Made by a program: the position numbers and the translations under genes | Shown: in pieces, positions 61,162 to 64,000 of the stretch | Position numbering within the stretch: position 1 is the first letter of the stretch | How the letters are laid out: each line of letters begins with the position of its first letter | Origin: Hypanus sabinus | Taxonomy: Eukaryota | Length of the DNA stretch: 64,000 bases | Reading direction: 5' to 3' | NCBI RefSeq assembly: GCF_030144855.1 | Contig: NC_082707.1 | Location: 57,474,001-57,538,000, forward strand | Notes under the pieces: generated by a model | Told to the model about the DNA's origin: nothing | What the model saw: the letters and a program-made list of their open reading frames with translations, nothing else | Databases searched by the model: none

Positions 61162-61383
61162 CTCTAAATGTCACTTTAAGGACTGATTGCTTATTATCAT
61201 TTTATTTGTTATTGTATTTTATTAAAGTATAAGTAATCAATTTTCTTCCATCCATTCAAAAATGCTAATCGATATTTGTTTTGATTTCCTCTTTAGATTC
61301 TAACCATCTAAAAAGCCAGTATTGAGTCAATTCAATTCATTTCACATGGTATTAAAAATCCACTGGAAACTTTAAGGTCTTAC

Positions 61384-61452
61384 AGAACCAGACAATGTTC
61401 CAGTTGGAGTATGAAGATCTGAACAGCACATCTGTTCAAGCAGTTCCACTAC
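61384..61452 (-). CDS. Exon of the uncharacterised minus-strand gene
   Basis: ctaatattgtacag|GTA GTG...GGT TCT|gtaaga; 69 bp; VVELLEQMCCSDLHTPTGTLSGS. Confidence 0.6.
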
Positions 61453-62592
61453 CTGTACAATATTAGCAGCTACCTAAGAATGTAGAAACTTGCCCAGTTA
61501 TAGTCCGTTTGCAAAAAGTAGAACAAAACCTGCGCAGTCTGCTCGCAATGATTAGCAGGCTGATGAAAGTTGTTGCCAACTGTTAAGAGTCATTTATTCA
61601 TCAGTAATTAGCTTTGTGTGACCTCTCACTTCCACCACAGCCTTGCTCTAAACATGCAGTAAAGAGTTGTATCCCAGAGCTGTGCTGAGAAAGATGCCCC
61701 TTGACACCAAGGCAGTTTTTGGCCAAATGGGGCTTCCCATTTCTCTGATAAGCTAAGACTCAATGGAGGCTCAAACAGCCTACCCTAGACATTCAATAAC
61801 ATTATCGTTGCCATGTCCTTCAGTGTCAACATCCTAATGGTCATCTTTACCAGGAGCTCATCTAGACCAGACAAATAATATAACGTGCTAGCACACAGTA
61901 GAGGCTGAGTGTTTTGTGCATAATTGTCTCACCTCAAAGCCTTGCCACTGTCGAGAAGGTATAAATCAGGACTACAATGGGGCAATTTCCAGCTTCCAGG
62001 AGAAACACAGTGTCAACACCTCTCAAGGAACACAACAGCATCCCTGCAATAGCTCACATAGTGATTCTGACATCACCTCCAAAACCCACCGTGTCCACCA
62101 GCAAGGGAATTTCCTACCCAGCAGAATTGTGGGAGTAAGTACCTCTACCAGAAGGACAAAATTTAAAAAAAAATGAATTATTGTACCTTAAATTATGTAT
62201 GGAAGATGATGTATTGTGCATTCTGGCTATAGGTTTTATGGTGACCATAGAAGTCTGGAACTGATCAGGCACAGCCAGTTATTTACCAGCTGCCTCTCAA
62301 TGTTGGATTTGTTATGAAGTCCACAAACTTGCTACTTTTCCTCAGGTTACATTGGAAAACCTTTGAAACTCAGCCTGATGCAGGAAGAGAATGCACATTT
62401 ATTTCAAGGTGAAGAAATAGCAGTATTCAAGAAGAGTGACTATATAGTAATTAACAATTTTTTTCTTTAGGTCCCAGCATTATGCAATGGCCAGCCTCTT
62501 TAGATCCTGGTTACACTTATCAGCAAATGACATCAGTAACTGTGCATTAATTCGTCATTCTAATACGAGAGTGGTGAGCACATGTTACTCAC

Positions 62593-62672
62593 CAAATACT
62601 GCAAACTTTGACTTAAGAAGGTTATCTGGTGTTCTGCCAATGTTGGGGAAAGCAACTTTGACCTTTCATCTC
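62593..62672 (-). CDS. Exon of the uncharacterised minus-strand gene (most upstream seen)
   Basis: ttaacccattctcag|GA GAT...TAT TTG|gtgagt; 80 bp; only one open frame: DERSKLLSPTLAEHQITFLSQSLQYL. Confidence 0.62.
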
Positions 62673-63094
62673 CTGAGAATGGGTTAAAGCACAATGTCCA
62701 GTGAATGCATTGTATATGAAGTGTATATTGGACATGGGTGAGAAAAGGATATTTTAATTTTAAATCATTAATTGATCAATTTATTTAACTGTTAGATCTC
62801 CTGAACTTTGTGGTTTTCTTATGCAGCAGTGAACAGGTTGTATAGCATGGTAAAAATCTTGGCTGTAACTTGCCAGGAAATTGGGTAACCAGCAAGAACT
62901 GATTGAATAATGTTATTTGATTCAGAACTAGTGGCACTTGATTGTAAGGAACCATTGTAATGACATGACAGAGTGAGAGGGAGAAGGGAGATTGACTATT
63001 ATTAGGGAAGTAATAACTGGATTCATAGAAAATAAGAACAGAATTAAGAATGTTCTTCTTGGATTTATGAATGGAAGGATGCATTTATCAAATA

Positions 63095-63480
63095 TTAAAG
63101 TTCATAATTCAAAGTACATTTATTATTGAACTATGCATACCTAAAACAGTCTTGGGATTCATCTTCTTGCAGCTACCCAGAAAACAAAGAAACGCAGTAG
63201 AATCCATGAAAAACTACACACAACACAGACTGACAAACATCAAATGTGCAGAGAAAGGAAAAACAGATCATGCTAGTTATTAAAAAAAGGCACATGAATA
63301 ATGCAGAGACCATGAACAGCAGAGTCCCTGAAAGTGAGTCTACAGGCTGCAGAGTTAGTTTTATGTGAAGGCAAGTGAAGCCAGCCCAGGAGCTTGATGG
63401 CCGCAGGGCAATAACTGCCCCTGACCGTGGTGGCATGAGATACAAGACCCTTGCACCTCCTGCCTGACATTAGTAGCCAG
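63095..63480 (-). mobile_element. Rex-like LINE 3' fragment
   Basis: Reverse strand MSGRRCKGLVSHATT..SYCPAAIKLL; tail attcaaagtacatttattat. Confidence 0.7.
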
Positions 63481-64000
63481 AAGAGTGGGAGATGTGTCAA
63501 ATGTCAGCAGGCAAGACAGGCTCAGGTAGGGGAAGTGGTTTGTTGCGGAGAACATTGATTCATTTTCCGCTCTTGGGCTTCGACATTTTAATCTGGCTTG
63601 AATTGGCATGGAGTAGTAGAGCTAAAGACCAGTGCTCTGTGAAATAGTGCATTATGAGTTGTAATTAACAGAATGAATAACAGCTAATAAATAGATATGG
63701 TGTATTTAATATTTCACTGTCACATAACAGAATATAAAACAAAATTTGAGTTCTTTGGATTCAGGATAATATACTGGTGTGGATTGAGAACAGGCTGACA
63801 GACAAGAACACAGAGAGAAGGTTGGCATTGCTAGGAGGACAGATCATGGTCTGAAAATAAGCAGTTAAATTGGTAATTAGTTTGTTTATTGTCACATGTA
63901 CCGAAGTACACTGAAAAGATTACAGACTGTATGTACAGATCAATGTACAATTGCAATTCATTGCAACATTGCATTGAGGTAATACAAGGTAAAATAGTAA

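Noticed and set aside
62785-63084. 99-aa minus-strand ORF as a further exon
   Set aside because: No convincing splice donor; it looks like decayed repeat sequence.
1-64000. Prokaryotic systems (CRISPR arrays, operons, defence islands)
   Set aside because: The sequence has spliceosomal introns and vertebrate repeats, and no regularly spaced repeat-spacer array was seen.

Overview
Eukaryotic, AT-rich, repeat-dense vertebrate DNA. The repeat content (CR1 and Rex1/Babar LINEs, an HE1-like V-SINE, Penelope-type repeats, Tc1 and hAT transposons) points to a cartilaginous fish, probably a ray; this is inference. On the + strand I can read 13 coding exons (4255-34960) of an intact TRPV5/6-family calcium channel gene. 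They correspond to human TRPV6 exons 3-15; exons 1-2 were not found and presumably lie upstream of the window. The protein is divergent at gating, glycosylation, calmodulin and PDZ sites. On the - strand, convergent with it, is an uncharacterised leucine-rich-repeat gene (LRRs + LRRcap) ending in a CaaX prenylation motif (CIIL; stop at 37542). Further right is a chain of - strand exons (55987-62672) of a protein I cannot name, possibly with a degenerate NDK-like C-terminus. Introns hold nested retroelements, a near-intact young Tc1 (DD34E), a young non-autonomous hAT with a perfect 8-bp TSD, and several copies of a Penelope-type repeat carrying a minimal hammerhead-ribozyme motif. Exon boundaries were read by hand from GT/AG signals and codon phase. 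Human TRPV6 residue numbers are from memory (725-aa numbering) and should be confirmed by alignment.
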